Origin: Eledone cirrhosa
Lineage: Eukaryota
Direction of reading: 5' to 3'
Assembly (NCBI GenBank): GCA_964016885.1
Contig: OZ024742.1
Span: forward strand, 80,786,001-80,850,000
Length of the DNA: 64,000 nucleotides
Shown: positions 1-14,923 of the stretch, in pieces
Position numbering within the stretch: position 1 is the stretch's first letter
Layout of the letters: every line of letters begins with the position of its first letter
Notes under the pieces: generated by a model
The model's database searches: none
What the model was told of the DNA's origin: nothing
What the model saw: the letters and a program-made list of their open reading frames with translations, nothing else
Program-made: the position numbers and the translations under genes

Positions 1-64
1 CGACGTTGCTTAACTTCGGTGATTGGACGAGAACCGGTGTTTTCAGCGTGATATGGCCGTAATT
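1..64 (-). rRNA. 5S: 5S rRNA gene or pseudogene, 5' half (runs off the window)
   Basis: Reverse complement reads ATTACGGCCATATCACGCTGAAAACACCGGTTCTCGTCCAATCACCGAAGTTAAGCAACGTCG, matching the metazoan 5S 5' half up to box A. An AT-rich AATATATT lies about 25-32 nt upstream. Confidence 0.9.
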
Positions 65-1271
65 ATCTGACTGGAATGCTTGAAACCGAATATATTCGGC
101 AACATTCATTCAAAGGCAAGGTAGTAATTTTAAATCGTGTTGCCGTTTACGGTATTAAATATGGTGTGATGGCTAAATAGGTAACTGTGGGTCACTGATA
201 AATAAAGTGTTCAGTTAACCTTCCTAACATATATAGGTTTATTTTGACCACACACTTACGAAATAATCAAGATCAAAACAAAACAAAACAATATTTAAAA
301 AATTCTTCCCACCATAGCAGTGAGTAACATGTCCCTAATTTTACCTGTATATATTTAGGTGGATTATATGAATAACAATTATGTAATATCGGCTAAAGTC
401 GTTGATGTGGAAGAGCCGCTTGAACACCGGATATAGTACTATATAATGTTTGTTCGGATGCTAGGTCGCTCAGTTTAACACGCAGAGTTTAAGTGTCCCT
501 TTTCACATGTGGAGATCGATAATGTCAGGACAAAATCCTACCCTAATCTATCGTCCTAGAAAACTTAGAAGGAAGCGTATTTTTACTCACATGCCGACAA
601 ATTCACCACACCATATTTTCATGTTCCTATGAGTTCATCAAAACATATGGGTCTAATGATTCCAATAGAAATGTATAAGCTGACAAAATCTAAAACAACT
701 TGTCACTATATATATCGGATAGAAAAAAACATGTACAATGATGCTTTATGTTCTAGAATCAGATACCATTGCAACATGAAGGACACACTACGTTTTAAAT
801 AATGTATAAAGTTAATATCATGAGGAAATATTAGGTGAAATATCATGAGAACATTATAGGTGTGCAATGACAAGTCTGATACAACAAAATACAACACAAA
901 TAAGAACAATCTTTAATATTGTGTATAAAGATGTTCAGCATGACGTTTCTTGCATCTGCGCCAGGAAATAAAACTAAAAGAGTAAAATATCATTCATGGT
1001 ACGAGTATTTATACAAATATTTGTTTTCGAAATGTCTTAAGTACCACCCTTGAAAGGCACACGTATTTCGCAGATTTGATCGCTAATAGATCCAACAAAT
1101 CTTGTGTAACCCTGAACGCAAGCATATAAGATATGGCCCGGCGTTACTCGGGATTTGCTCTAGGGTTCTTATATATTTGATATATATTTATCCTTAACGA
1201 GCCCCATAAATTAAATACGTTTTTTAATATTTTGTTATTGTGTATGCAAAAATATCTGTACACGAATATAC

Positions 1272-1310
<39 letters not shown>

Positions 1311-1312
1311 AA

Positions 1313-1430
1313 GGCGTGTGGCTGAGTGGTGAGAGAATTGGATTCGCAATCGTAAGGTTGTGAGTTCGATTCCTGGACCAGGCGATGCGTTATGTCCTTG
1401 AGCAAGACACTTTATTTCACGTTGCTCCTT
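1313..1430 (+). mobile_element. tRNA-derived SINE (cephalopod OK/OR2-like)
   Basis: A box TGGCTGAGTGG, B box GAGTTCGATTCC, then GTCCTTGAGCAAGACACTTTATTTCACGTTGCTC. Confidence 0.8.
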
Positions 1431-1789
1431 CTACCTGGAGTTGCGACCGATAGATAGTATTAGCAATTGGAAAGACCAACGGAAACATTGTTCCCTCGGT
1501 CCGATTTGACGAAAGAGGATCGTTTGAGATATATATATATATATATATATTAAAATATTAAGGAAATAATTGCTGCTTTCACCCTTAACGGGATCTGCTG
1601 AGACTAAAAAAAATCAATCTGTGAACGCAGAAGTAAATATTTCGAAAAACGTTACTCACTATATATATATACACACACACTATATATACATATACACACA
1701 CACACACACACAGATAGCGTCATAACGTCGTAATGCAGACAGCAGACATACAGGCAGATAGTATAAGGGCGCGACGTCGTAGCTATGTA

Positions 1790-1998
1790 TCTATCTAAAA
1801 AGAAAGACTAAACATTATAGAGAGAGATCGCTAAATAGACTAATCCGGTCCCTAGGACATTGACAATTTGAAATCTGTTTGCTCAAAAGACTCACACGAT
1901 CATAAGTATTAAATGTGTAAAGTTTGAAAACAATCGGTGGGTGGTTCTCGAGTTTTAGGGAGTCAGACAGACATTCTCTGTTTTAGATATAGAGAGAT
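1790..1998 (-). mobile_element. Non-autonomous Helitron/DINE-like fragment
   Basis: Minus strand starts TCTCTATATCTAAAACAGAGAATGTCTGTCTG...CCGATTGTTTTCAAACTTTACAC, resembling a Helitron-type 5' end. No 3' end recognised. Confidence 0.4.
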
Positions 1999-2144
1999 AT
2001 TACATGTGCTTCTGCTACAGTAATAAATCTTACACAGCAGGTAATATTACGTAATAATCTAAAATATAACATTATTACACACACATACACTCAGAGAAAA
2101 ACATATACTTTGCAAGTACGCACACACCCACTTGCATATACATC

Positions 2145-3412
<1,268 letters not shown>

Positions 3413-3449
3413 CATACATATACATATACATACATATACATATACATAC

Positions 3450-3522
<73 letters not shown>

Positions 3523-5999
3523 TATATATAAATATATACATGGGGTATGCGTGTGTGTGTCTGCCTGTGTGTGTATGTGTGTGCGAGTATGTGTGTGTAT
3601 GTGTGTGTGTGTGTAATAACAGTTACAGGAGGTTGCGATTGTCGTAATTTAATGTGAATTTTCGTTGTAATTTGGCATTCAGTAAAGGTTATGTGTGTTG
3701 GTGCATGGATTTTTGCATACTTGTTCACTATAACTTGCTATTTGTGATGTCAAACGTAGCTCCCTGTTTAAGTGGAACACTTAGTGGCACAGGAGTAGAT
3801 TCTCATTCAATTTTGTTACCAGCTATGTAGGCAGTGTTATTCAATTATGCAGTAGATGTTGCGGCAGCTATTAAGTGGATATGAAGTACAGTGGTCCCAG
3901 CAGTCTACGTGTCTCTGGTTACGTGCTGAACTGAAACGAAGGGAGAATTTTGAGCCCTGGGAGTGTTTGGCATTTTTCGCTACTGATATTTAAGCAGGTT
4001 TGCTGTGTAACAATTTGTTTTCATATTAGCAACATTTCCACGCTGCCGAATCCATTATTTTTGTGTCCACTGAAATTTTATATCCTGTATAGTCCAAACA
4101 AAAACTGCAAATTATAAAGGAAAAACATCCGCGTGTCTTACTGAACTACCTATAAAGTCTTAATAATTATTTCTAAACACCGAACTTTTATTTCAAAAGG
4201 AATACGTTTATTTCTCCAGGAGTAAGCTCCCTTAGACCTCGAAAAAATATAATATCCTGAAAGCATACACTGTAAAGGAAACTGAGGATTGATTTTGGCT
4301 TAAAACAAGTGAATCAAATCCAATAATTGGATTAGCCTACTTACAGATTAGCATAATGAAAACAGATGCCCTGTATACCATATATTAAAATCCATTACCT
4401 CGGCGCATACATATCGAAAGCTCGTTCCTTCGTACGTACGAATTCGTACTCAGATTGTCAATCTCTTGATAATGTGAACTTATGCTAACACATACCTTAC
4501 GCGATATCAACTTAGGTGGTCACAGATACAATGTATATCTTTAGTCAATGCATAGGGTATATTTTCTGGTATTATAAATATATTAATATTCGAGATAATT
4601 CACATTACGATTCTCGAAACAGTTTATTCCCATTGTCTACATTGAAGCTACCAACTCCTTTCTTGATAGGTGAGATTAACCTGTTGAATTATCTTTGTCA
4701 CGTGTCCTTTACTGCGTAGATTTCGCTATTCCGATGTTGGTTTGATACAAATTGCGTACGGAACATTGGCGTAATATTAACTTTAAGCATGCTCTTAGAT
4801 ATCTCCCGAGGGAAATGCGTTACATCCTATAAATAACGAGAGAAACATAGTAGTACAATGATAGGTAGTAAACAGATATATATCCCAATTCATATATATG
4901 CGTATTATCCTATCTACAGGTACTCACCATACACACATTTTGAAACATGATATTTAAATATGTGTAATATAAACTCTAATATTATCATCAAACTGAAAAC
5001 TGTAGCCTTACGTATTAGATAATTCCCATTCTTCTAAGTTCAAATATCGATAGAACATTACGATTTCATAAACGTTGTAACATTAATTTGGTGCTCACAA
5101 GTTTCATGATTGCAAATTTACGCATATGGAATTTTAAACGAATTAAAGTTTAAATAAATCTTTTAAATTACTGGTAGTTATGTGTAATCTGAAAAATTCA
5201 TAGAAAGATAACAAGTCTTTCTATAGAAGGTTTTGGAAGATAATTGTTTCAAAATAGGTGTAAATGATTACAATCTAATAACTATTGATATACATATTAG
5301 ATTCCTGGACGAAACGTTATACAAAAATAAAGTGTTTGCATTAATTTCGTACATTTCTAATAGACAATAGTAGTTCAGAAGAAGTAAATTGATTTAGCGA
5401 CATGAGCTGAAAATGTTCTTAGGCTTTGCATTCCTGGTTTTATTCACACCAGTCTTAATGTCCAACAAACTAGGATCGTAAATCAATACTTACATGAATA
5501 AAATTAAAGAGGCTTATTAATTGTTATTTGTCCGTATCAATACCAACTAGATACATACATGCCTCAAAGACATGCGGTTTAAGTGATGACATCCAATGTA
5601 TTATGTGCATGATATTCTGAATGAAAAGGAGTCCTCCATTAAGTATAATGCTGATGTTTTCAGCCTAAACCATCTCCCAGAGAGAGAGAGAGAATCTATG
5701 GCAAATTTGCATCAGCCACGACCTTTCACTATGTTCATAGATATGGAGGTACATTGTAAGATACGTGATTTTTTAAGATTATAGCGTTTGAATTAGTCGC
5801 TCTTTCTAGGAAATCGAAGTCTTCCAAAGTTGTCTCACAATCGTATCCTATACTGCCGTAACAACTATTATGGGATGTGAGGGGAATATTACAAATAGGA
5901 AATATTAATATGAAATAACAACACAGAGATTAACCCGTTACATTGCTTAGATGCATCGCATAAAAAACTTCTAAAGGAAAATATATCTATATATATCTA

Positions 6000-6051
<52 letters not shown>

Positions 6052-6063
6052 TGACTCTCACAT

Positions 6064-6154
<91 letters not shown>

Positions 6155-7538
6155 TGTGTGTGAGTGAGTCTGTTAGTGCTCATTTAAATTTATTATATTC
6201 ACAGGATTCATTGAAGAAGACACATAATTTGAACAAAACTGAAGATAATTCATTCTAATAGGTATATTTGAGTATCTCAAATCTATAAATTTCCTATGTA
6301 GAATCGACAGAATTGTAAAAATAATATATTCCATAAAAAATAAATATGTTAAACGCCTCATTAAATGCTATTATTTTATCTAGAGTTCCATCGATTTGTT
6401 TTCTCTTCTGATTCGCTGGTCTGTTATAAGAGAATGCGGGTGCTAGTTTGCTGCTCGTGTACGAAACAACCAAATAACTGAATAGGATAAATCAATCAAT
6501 ACATTTTTCTTTATTATGTTTTATATGTTTTCTCTCAATCTATGTAGATTGTAAAATTATTTACGAAAAATTATGAAATAAAGTATTCAACGGCTATTGA
6601 GGTGGCTGCGATATGATCAGAAATTAAAACGCCAGGGACTTATGCATCGATGATTATTATGCATAAATAGATCCTATATTATGTAATTTCATACCATATC
6701 TATATCTAACGACCTTTCTCCCTTTCTCTAACTCTCTCTCTCCTTATCTTTCTCTCGTTTGGTTTTTATGCATTCCTCTTTCATTCGTGTTTATAGGAGG
6801 GGATAGGCTTTCAACTGATCACCATCTAGTTATTTGCAAACTGAGACTAACAAACCCTAGTAAACGCACAAAACGTGCAGTGCCAGATGTTCTCTTTCTG
6901 CATTCCCAAAATATGATTCTAGCATTTCCATATTTCCGTTTATAAAGTCAAACTTCCTATCCTGAAATACTGTTGTAGACTTTCAATTTCGCTCTCCTCA
7001 TTCTGGGACCCCAATACCAGAAAATATTCTTCATTCAGTGATTTCTTAACGACCCTCTTCTGCAATTTCTATTTAAATTCGAAACAACATATTATGTAAG
7101 TGAAATGTGCGGTAACTATCAAATTAAAATTGACTCCCTACGTCAATGGAACGTATTTTGGTCAGTATTGGAACTGGGAAAATGGAATATACCCACACAA
7201 CTTGCTTCAGGGAAACGCTACTTAAATACATGCCTCAACTATTTCGGTTGTTTTTCTCATTTGAAACATTGTCTAAACCGGATCAATTGAATTTATCTTC
7301 TTCGACATTTTCAACTTAAGTTGGTTAACTTTGCGTTTTCGAACAGTTATTTCCCCCTTTGACTTACACTATTTAAGGTATTTGTCAATTTGTAGATATT
7401 TTGGGGATTGACTAACCTCAGAACTCTCCTATAGTTTCTGAAATCTCCATCGTGGGAACACATTTTACGTCAGGCTGAATGAGTGGGAATAAAAAAAACC
7501 AAGGAAACTTATGTACCCGTGCAATTCACTGACGTAAC

Positions 7539-7653
<115 letters not shown>

Positions 7654-8770
7654 TTGTGTGTGGTCACGCGTGTATAAGTGTGTGTTTGTCTGTATGTATA
7701 TCAAATTCCCATTGGAGTCTTTTTTGCTCGCCGGTTTCTTAATACATTCTAATTATACCTTTGTAAATAGCCGTTAACGCAAATTTCATCCAAATATATT
7801 TTCCTATTTATATCGAAATGGAAGCCTTGTATTATAGATTTCTTTTCCTTTATACTATTGAATGCCCCAAGGCAAAATCCAACGGCGTCTAATCATTCTT
7901 AATTGAATAACCACTTTTATTCGTTTGATATTTCCGAAATATAATTTAATAAAATTTCTAATAACATTGATAAATTCTTTAAGAGATCGATATTTCAATG
8001 GATGTTTTTTTCCCTTCCTTTCTTCCGTAACATGATTAAGCATTACAATCTTTGCATTCACTTGTAGAGATTATGGTGTTTACCTCAGTTAACTTCTTAA
8101 AGTCTGTGTACTATTCGTTAAGATCAAAGCTTATTCTTTGAAGATATGCTTTTGTTTTGCGAATACATTACATTAACTATTCTATTGAGATGTTAAGAGA
8201 AGACACATTAAGAAATGTTTAGATCTTTGACCACAATCTCTCTTTGATACTAGCTTTATATTCTGCTTATAGGAATCGAAAACCTTCGCTTCCGTAAACA
8301 TTTCTCCGAAGGAAATGTAACCTAGGGGTCATGTATCAAAATATAACATTTAGCGCTTTCTTACATATATACTATTCCTTTTACAGTGATATGAACTGCA
8401 CATTGAACTCTCGGAAATTATAGAAAACTATGATCATCCGTATCCCCAAACTCATTCCAACATCGTGTATTGAATTTCATCTCTTACACTATATCCAGTA
8501 AAATGATTACACTATATTGCTTGTCTGCGGTGTATTAAATCAGAAACAAAATCTCCGAAGTGATAAATTGTTTTGATGAACAGCTTTTCAATGTTTGTAT
8601 CCTATGTATTTACATCCAAACCGGCTGCGCGTCACAAACATGTTTATGGGGATTATGGAAGGAGAAACGAGAGTACGTACTCCACTGCCCTTAGTAACAA
8701 AATAATACCCTCTAGAATCATCAGCAAAAAATATGCAGTATATTCAAATGAGGGTATTATTTTGTTACTA

Positions 8771-8965
8771 AGGGCGGTGGATTGGCAGTATCGATAGAGG
8801 GTCGGACACCATACTTTGCAGCAAAGAGTTATGGCCCTGTATGGTCTGTGCTCAAAACACGCCGATGTTAACTTTGCCTTTCATCCTTATTGGGTCGATA
8901 AAATAAAGTACCAGTAATACGCCGGGATAATTGCTGTCCTTGTGCCAAAAGTATAAACAATTATT
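8771..8965 (+). mobile_element. tRNA-derived SINE (octopus OR1-like)
   Basis: GGCGGTGGATTGGCAG...AACTTTGCCTTTCATCC...GTCGATAAAATAAAGTACCAG; several copies in the window. Confidence 0.85.
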
Positions 8966-9236
8966 TCGTTACTAATACTACCAACGTGAAAGGCTGTTAC
9001 TATTTCTTCTCTCATCTCAGTTCCTGTCTTTCCAAAAAATACTTGCTTAGTGAGTAAACTTTATCCTTTCTTACACAATAGAATATCCAGCACCGGTTTA
9101 AATTTTCCAATGTCCATGAATGTATAACGCAGTTTTCGTGATCAGTCAATTTGCAAGAGAGTCCCAGACCGACAAGATATATACACAGAAAACGGGAGCA
9201 TAATAACACACATGTATATATATATATATAATATAT

Positions 9237-9283
<47 letters not shown>

Positions 9284-9465
9284 GCATGGTGCGTTACTAG
9301 TTTAGACTAATATGAACAATGTTCAGCTTAGTGCTCGAGACATACGAAGATAGCAAATAGGAACTATAATAAGATCCTACCAGACGGTCGAGCTCTTGCT
9401 TTTTTCCAAACTGCAAATGCTAAGCCGTCGTGCAGAAACAATATGTGTTTGTGTGTGTGTCTATG

Positions 9466-9526
<61 letters not shown>

Positions 9527-10726
9527 GTGCAGTAGATGAATTTTAATTTCGTTTGTGTGGATGAAATCAGTTATTCTTTAGATGAATGCACAATCAAAAT
9601 AGATATTGGGATTAATTAATTAATTATTTTCTCGGCATGATCTTTGTACTGCCTTTTATAGGTACCCCGTTTAAAATGTTATGGTACATTCTGGAAGGAG
9701 AAAATCGTTTTGTATTAATAAGTATGGTCCCACCCAAAAACATGAAAAACTTCCTAGTAAAAAGTAGACAGAAGGAGAAATTTAATGAGTTCAATCTTTA
9801 GCATATGTATTTGTATAATCAGGTAACAGTTGGAAATTATGACTGAATCAAGTCTGTTGAACTCTCGTCACGTTGGAGTCTTAAACTGCAAAGGCTTAAA
9901 TACCTTCGCTAAATATGACCTTGACTAGCATAGGATCTGATTCTCTCTCTATATATCCACTTTACTCGAAATACTCACCCCTTACAAAATCGACCTTCTC
10001 GCCACCTTTATTCGTCCCTGCGGTCGTTGTCCTTTCAGTTTTTGGCTTAGGTTGAGATAAAACAAAATACTTTCTCAGTCAATTTAATTTATAGCTTTTC
10101 AAAGATATCTTATCATTGTTGGTTTCTTCGGCCTCATTTCTTTTTCTATTTTCTTTGTTTTTTTTTGTATTTAATCTAATTTTCCCTTTTTCTCCTTACC
10201 CCATCTGTCCCTATCCACAATATATGAATTAAGTAGGTTTTTCAACCAGCTTTAATCCTTCCTCTTTCTATACCCCGTTTACATACAAACTAATATTCTT
10301 CACATTTGTAATTTGGATTCTAACCCCTCACCCCACTTATAAAAACTGTATCTATACTTAGTATGTTTATTGTAAATCATGTATTTATTCTTATGTTTTT
10401 TTAACTATTTTATTTTGTTATTTTTATATTACGTATTGCTTCTAAATTTAGCTATATACCAACGTTTTGTAGTCTAGCTTTGTCAGCAGTAAGTAATGTT
10501 TAATGCAGAAATGCGGTACCCATACCTCAGAATATAAGCAATTTGTTTTTCATGTTCTCGTTAAACATTTTTCGGATTAAGTGCAATCCTAGACACGAAT
10601 GAGCATTGTATAATGCAATCAACGCGTGTAGACGGTTCCGTAATTTTACAGAAACATATGTTAAATGCTGAATCCGCAATACACTTCTCTCTAGTTCTTC
10701 CTGGCACCATATTTATAAATATATAT

Positions 10727-10958
10727 ATGAATGTGTGTATAATATATTTGGCAATATACCGTATGTTTAATTTAAAACATTTTGAAGACCTTGCGTTATC
10801 ATTTTTAAAGTAGTGTCTATGTCACTTACTCCTTCTTATGCCGAAAAAAAAGAAGTAAGTGACATAGTCACTATTTCAAAAATGCTAGCGCACGGTCTTC
10901 AAAATGTTTTTAATTAAACATACGGTATATTGCCAATTATACTATACACACATTCATG
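10727..10958. repeat. Imperfect inverted repeat (~110-bp arms) of a dispersed family
   Basis: Arms meet at ~10843. The same sequence recurs at 27423-27560 and 33385-33830. Confidence 0.8.
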
Positions 10959-10994
10959 GATACATCGCTATTTTAGAGCACCAATCCTAATACC

Positions 10995-11034
<40 letters not shown>

Positions 11035-11042
11035 CTGAACTA

Positions 11043-11271
11043 TTCTGTCGGTTACGACGACGAGGGTTATATTTAATCCGATCAATGGAACAACCTGCTC
11101 ATGAATTTAACGTGTAGGTCGCTGAACATTTAACATACCCTTTTACCCTTAACGGAGTTCTCAGGGAGATTTAGCGTGACACAGAATGTGACAATGCTGG
11201 CTGGACTGGAACAGCATCAATTAAAGTGTTTGTTGAAGAGCACAACGCACCGCCAGGAAACGAACTCACAT
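11043..11271 (-). mobile_element. tRNA-derived SINE, 5'-truncated
   Basis: Minus strand TGTGAGTTCGTTTCCTGGCGGTGCGTTGTG...ACACTTTA, with a head similar to the 1313 copy. Confidence 0.7.
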
Positions 11272-11575
11272 GTTGCCGGTTGGCACGCGCGTGTGTGTAG
11301 CCAAATATATAGATAAATAAATAGAAAGATAAATAGATAGATAGATAAGTTTCTATTTATTTGCCACGAGAGCACAAAAGAAGGGGACAAATACAAGGAG
11401 GGAGTTTACATAAAGGGACGAGTAAAAAAAAGCAAATAACAAATATAAAATTAACAATACAGTCCTCAATAGAGAAGATGCGTTGTGGGGGTTACACACA
11501 CCCCCGAAAAAGTGTTCAACCCTTTTCTTTAGGAGGACAGAGAGGGGGTGCTCCTTTGCACTTCCACCTTTCCAC

Positions 11576-14500
11576 CTACAGGCTGATAAAGAGAGAAGGT
11601 CCATTCACACGGGCCATTCTCGCTAATTTCACCCACATTTCATAAAACTTGCTGGGATAGAGCACCTCTCTCTCCATTCTGATCCTTCTCTTAAAATGGT
11701 ATTTAAAGAAAAGGGCCAGTTGTTGGCCGGAGAGAAAGGTGTCCAAACTCAGCCCTTTCAAACGTGTCCACCATACCACCTCTTTCACCATGGCTATTAC
11801 ACAGAAGAAGACCGCATCTCCTTCATTTGTGGAGGGGGGAGGAGGCTTTATCGTTACAATGGATTTCAGTGGCTTGTCCGAGGGGGTCGTCGCACCTACT
11901 AACCACCAGCCCTCTATAGAATGACGAGGTGGAATCTCCAACGATAGCCGGGTGCTCCGGCCAGAGAGCCGTGAGGGCCTGGGCACACGCGGTGTGCCAG
12001 GCGCCCAGTTTTCTCGGTCTTTGATTGACCCAGGACTGCAGCTCGGTGAGCGAGACGAGTCTTGGAAAGGCTTGCCTCACAAACGGGGCCCACACCGCTT
12101 GACCGGTGATGAATACATGGAGGTGCCGTAGCCTTAATGCGTGTTTACGCATCAGCAGCCACGACATACCCAGCCCTCCTTTCGAAGGCTGTTGACAGCA
12201 GATGGAGTCCTCACCAAAGGAGCCCGCTTCTTCCAAAGGAATTGGAAGAGTGCGCGCTCTATTTTGGTGAGCGTTTCCCTTGGGCAAGGGACGACGGTTA
12301 GGCGGTAATAGATGACAGACGCTATATAAGCGTTCGCCACCTCCGCCCGCCCTTTCAGGGATAGTTTTCACTCAGCCCACTTCCGCGTCAGCGCAAACAC
12401 CCAGTTCGATACCTCACCCCAGTTCTTCTACACCTGGAGGTCGGCCCGAACGAGACCCCGAGCAACTTCAGCGGGCCATCCGTCCAACGTCCGACGAAGC
12501 CGTTGGAGGCCATCGGTTTGCCCATCCACTCGCCTAGTTGCAAACCGATTGCCTTGTCCCGGTTCAGCTTAGCCCCTGTAAAGGCTTCGTATTCCTCCCG
12601 TAAGGTGCCGATCACTCCGATTTCCGAGGCGGTTGACACCATTACTGTCACGTCATCGGCGTAGGCCGACACCGCTTTCTCCAATACCGGTTCCAAAAGG
12701 ATGCCCTGTAACAACTCCAACTTCCGCAGCAGTGGCTCTAGGGCCAATACATACAGAAGGGATGAGAGAGGGCATCCCTATCGGATGGACCGCATGATTT
12801 CAAACGGCTCCGAGAGTTAGCCGTTCACCTTGACCATAGAGCAGATGCGGCTGCTGCGCATGGCAGTGATCCAGCCCCTGAAAACGGGTCCGAAACCTGC
12901 CGCCATTAGCACCGCATCCAAGTAACGATCGTCGACCCTATCGAACGCCTTAGATTGATCCAAGTTTATCAGGGCCCCACCAAAGACTGCTTCACACCCA
13001 ACCCTCTCTATGATGTATCGCATGAGATGGAGGTTGTCGTGAATGGACCTAGACGGGATGGCACATGTCTGCGCATCGCCCACCAGGTTGCCACGACAAG
13101 CGCCAGCCCTTTGCTAACACCCTGGCCAAAATCTTTAACTCTGCATTTAGCAGAGTTATGGGCCTAAAATTACTTATTTCATCCCCCCTGTTCTCGTCCT
13201 TCCTCACTAGCGAGACTACGCCCTTGGTCACACAACAGGGAATTGATCCCGTTCTGTTGCCAGTTGCAGTAGACCGCTTCGGGGAGATCGAAGAACAAGT
13301 CCGACATACTTAAATACAGTTCGTATGGAAGACCATCGTGGGCAAAGATTTGTGCCTCCCGCATTGGTTCAACACGTCCCCCATTTCAGCAGCTGAGATC
13401 GGTCTCTCGCAGGACTTCGCCCCCTCGTCCGAAGGACGATGCAGGCCGTCGTGGTATGGACCGAGGCCCACATCCCCATCCGGCCCCTTGTCCCTTCCGA
13501 ACAATCGGGCAAAGTGCCTTTGAAAGGCTTCGCACATCTGCTAAGGTTCAAGGATCACCATTCTATCCTGTTATCGCAAAGACCGGATAGTGGATCTAGT
13601 CCCACATTTGGCTTCTGCCACGCGGGCCCAGCTAACAGTTTTGGTCCCTTCGTGTCCCAGTGCACGCACGTATTTTGCTGCGGAAAACGCAGCCTTCATG
13701 TTTCGCGTCGAAGAACTGGCCGAAGGCCGTGCTCGGCGCTAGCACTCTGGCTACGTCGCCGCTTCTAATTACCTCTTCTACACTATCTACCAACTCCCTT
13801 TCCTTCCTATTTCTATCTGCGACTAACTCCTTACAAACTCTTATTGAAGCTACTCTAATCTCTCTTTTGAGAGAGGCCCACCACCTGCTGTTGACGATGG
13901 CGCCCGTCAACGGCTCCTCAACTAAGCTTTACTTGCTGGTAAGGACAAGTTGAGCTTCCAGTAACCGGGTCCCTGTCTATGCGTCTATCAAGGTTGACCA
14001 TGGAGGTCGCTAACTTGTGGTCTGAATAGCCAACCATAAGCATTTTTGGAAAATTTAAAAAGTCCCTATCCTTATTTCTAACTAAGAACCTATCTAGGTA
14101 CGATCTAGATTGACCGTTGTGGTTTCTCCAAGTCCAGGTTGGCACAGTCGGAAAATGTAGTCGACATCTATCGGCCAGGTCGAAACGGCCGATTAACCCC
14201 TTGAGGCTGTTGCAACCCCTCTATCAGGACATGCCCCTACATAGTCCCAACGTGCATCTAGGATACCATTCCAGTCCCCCACTAGAAACAAGGAGCGGGA
14301 CGTCCCTAGAAAAGTCTCCAGACGATGAAAGAAGTCCGGCCTCGTTGACCCAAAAGGGCCGTAGACGGGACCAGCCTAAAAGCTCCGCCTTCACCACTGC
14401 CAATATCCAGAACCAGTAGTCGACCCTCCGGGTCCAAGTGTACCGTCTGTGTAGCGAGACCCAGATGTTTTTGCAGCAGAACGACAAACACACCCCCACC

Positions 14501-14688
14501 TCCGGGCTGACAGAGAGATGCGTGCATCATCAAAGGTGGGGGGCCAGCTGTCTCACGCTGCTGATCCGGGCCTCGCAAATAACCATCACATTTATACATC
14601 GTGACCTGAGGTCATTTAGGAGCAATGCTTGCTTCCAAGGTGAGCCCGGGCTACGCGCATTTAGACGACCAATTCTCAACACAGCCAT
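11576..14688 (-). pseudogene. Tx1-like ORF2 (AP endonuclease + reverse transcriptase), frameshifted
   Basis: IGRLNARS, SYLDRFLV, YSDHKL, NFRPITLLNAELKILA, NLDQSKAFDRVD, AYADDVTV, LKLLGV, GGLG, split over several frames. Confidence 0.92.
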
Positions 14689-14923
14689 GTTGGTGGTAAA
14701 GAGAAAAGGCACCTACCTCTCTTCGTCCCGGGGACCGGGGCGCACAATTTCCATGGGGGTGGGGGATGGGTTGTTGGATGGGGTGGTCGTTTGTGGAAAT
14801 GTAGAGGAATCAGTGTGTGGTGGGGTTGGGGTGTTTGGAGTTGTGTGGGTGTCTTGGGCGGGGACATTTTTAGGATTACTCGGTTAATGGGTCTGACGCA
14901 GGGGGGAGGGTCACACGTCCCCT

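Noticed and set aside
7420-7477. Minus-strand CTGACGT...GAAA ctatag
   Set aside because: Core mismatch and no UH/stem I; at best a heavily decayed HHR
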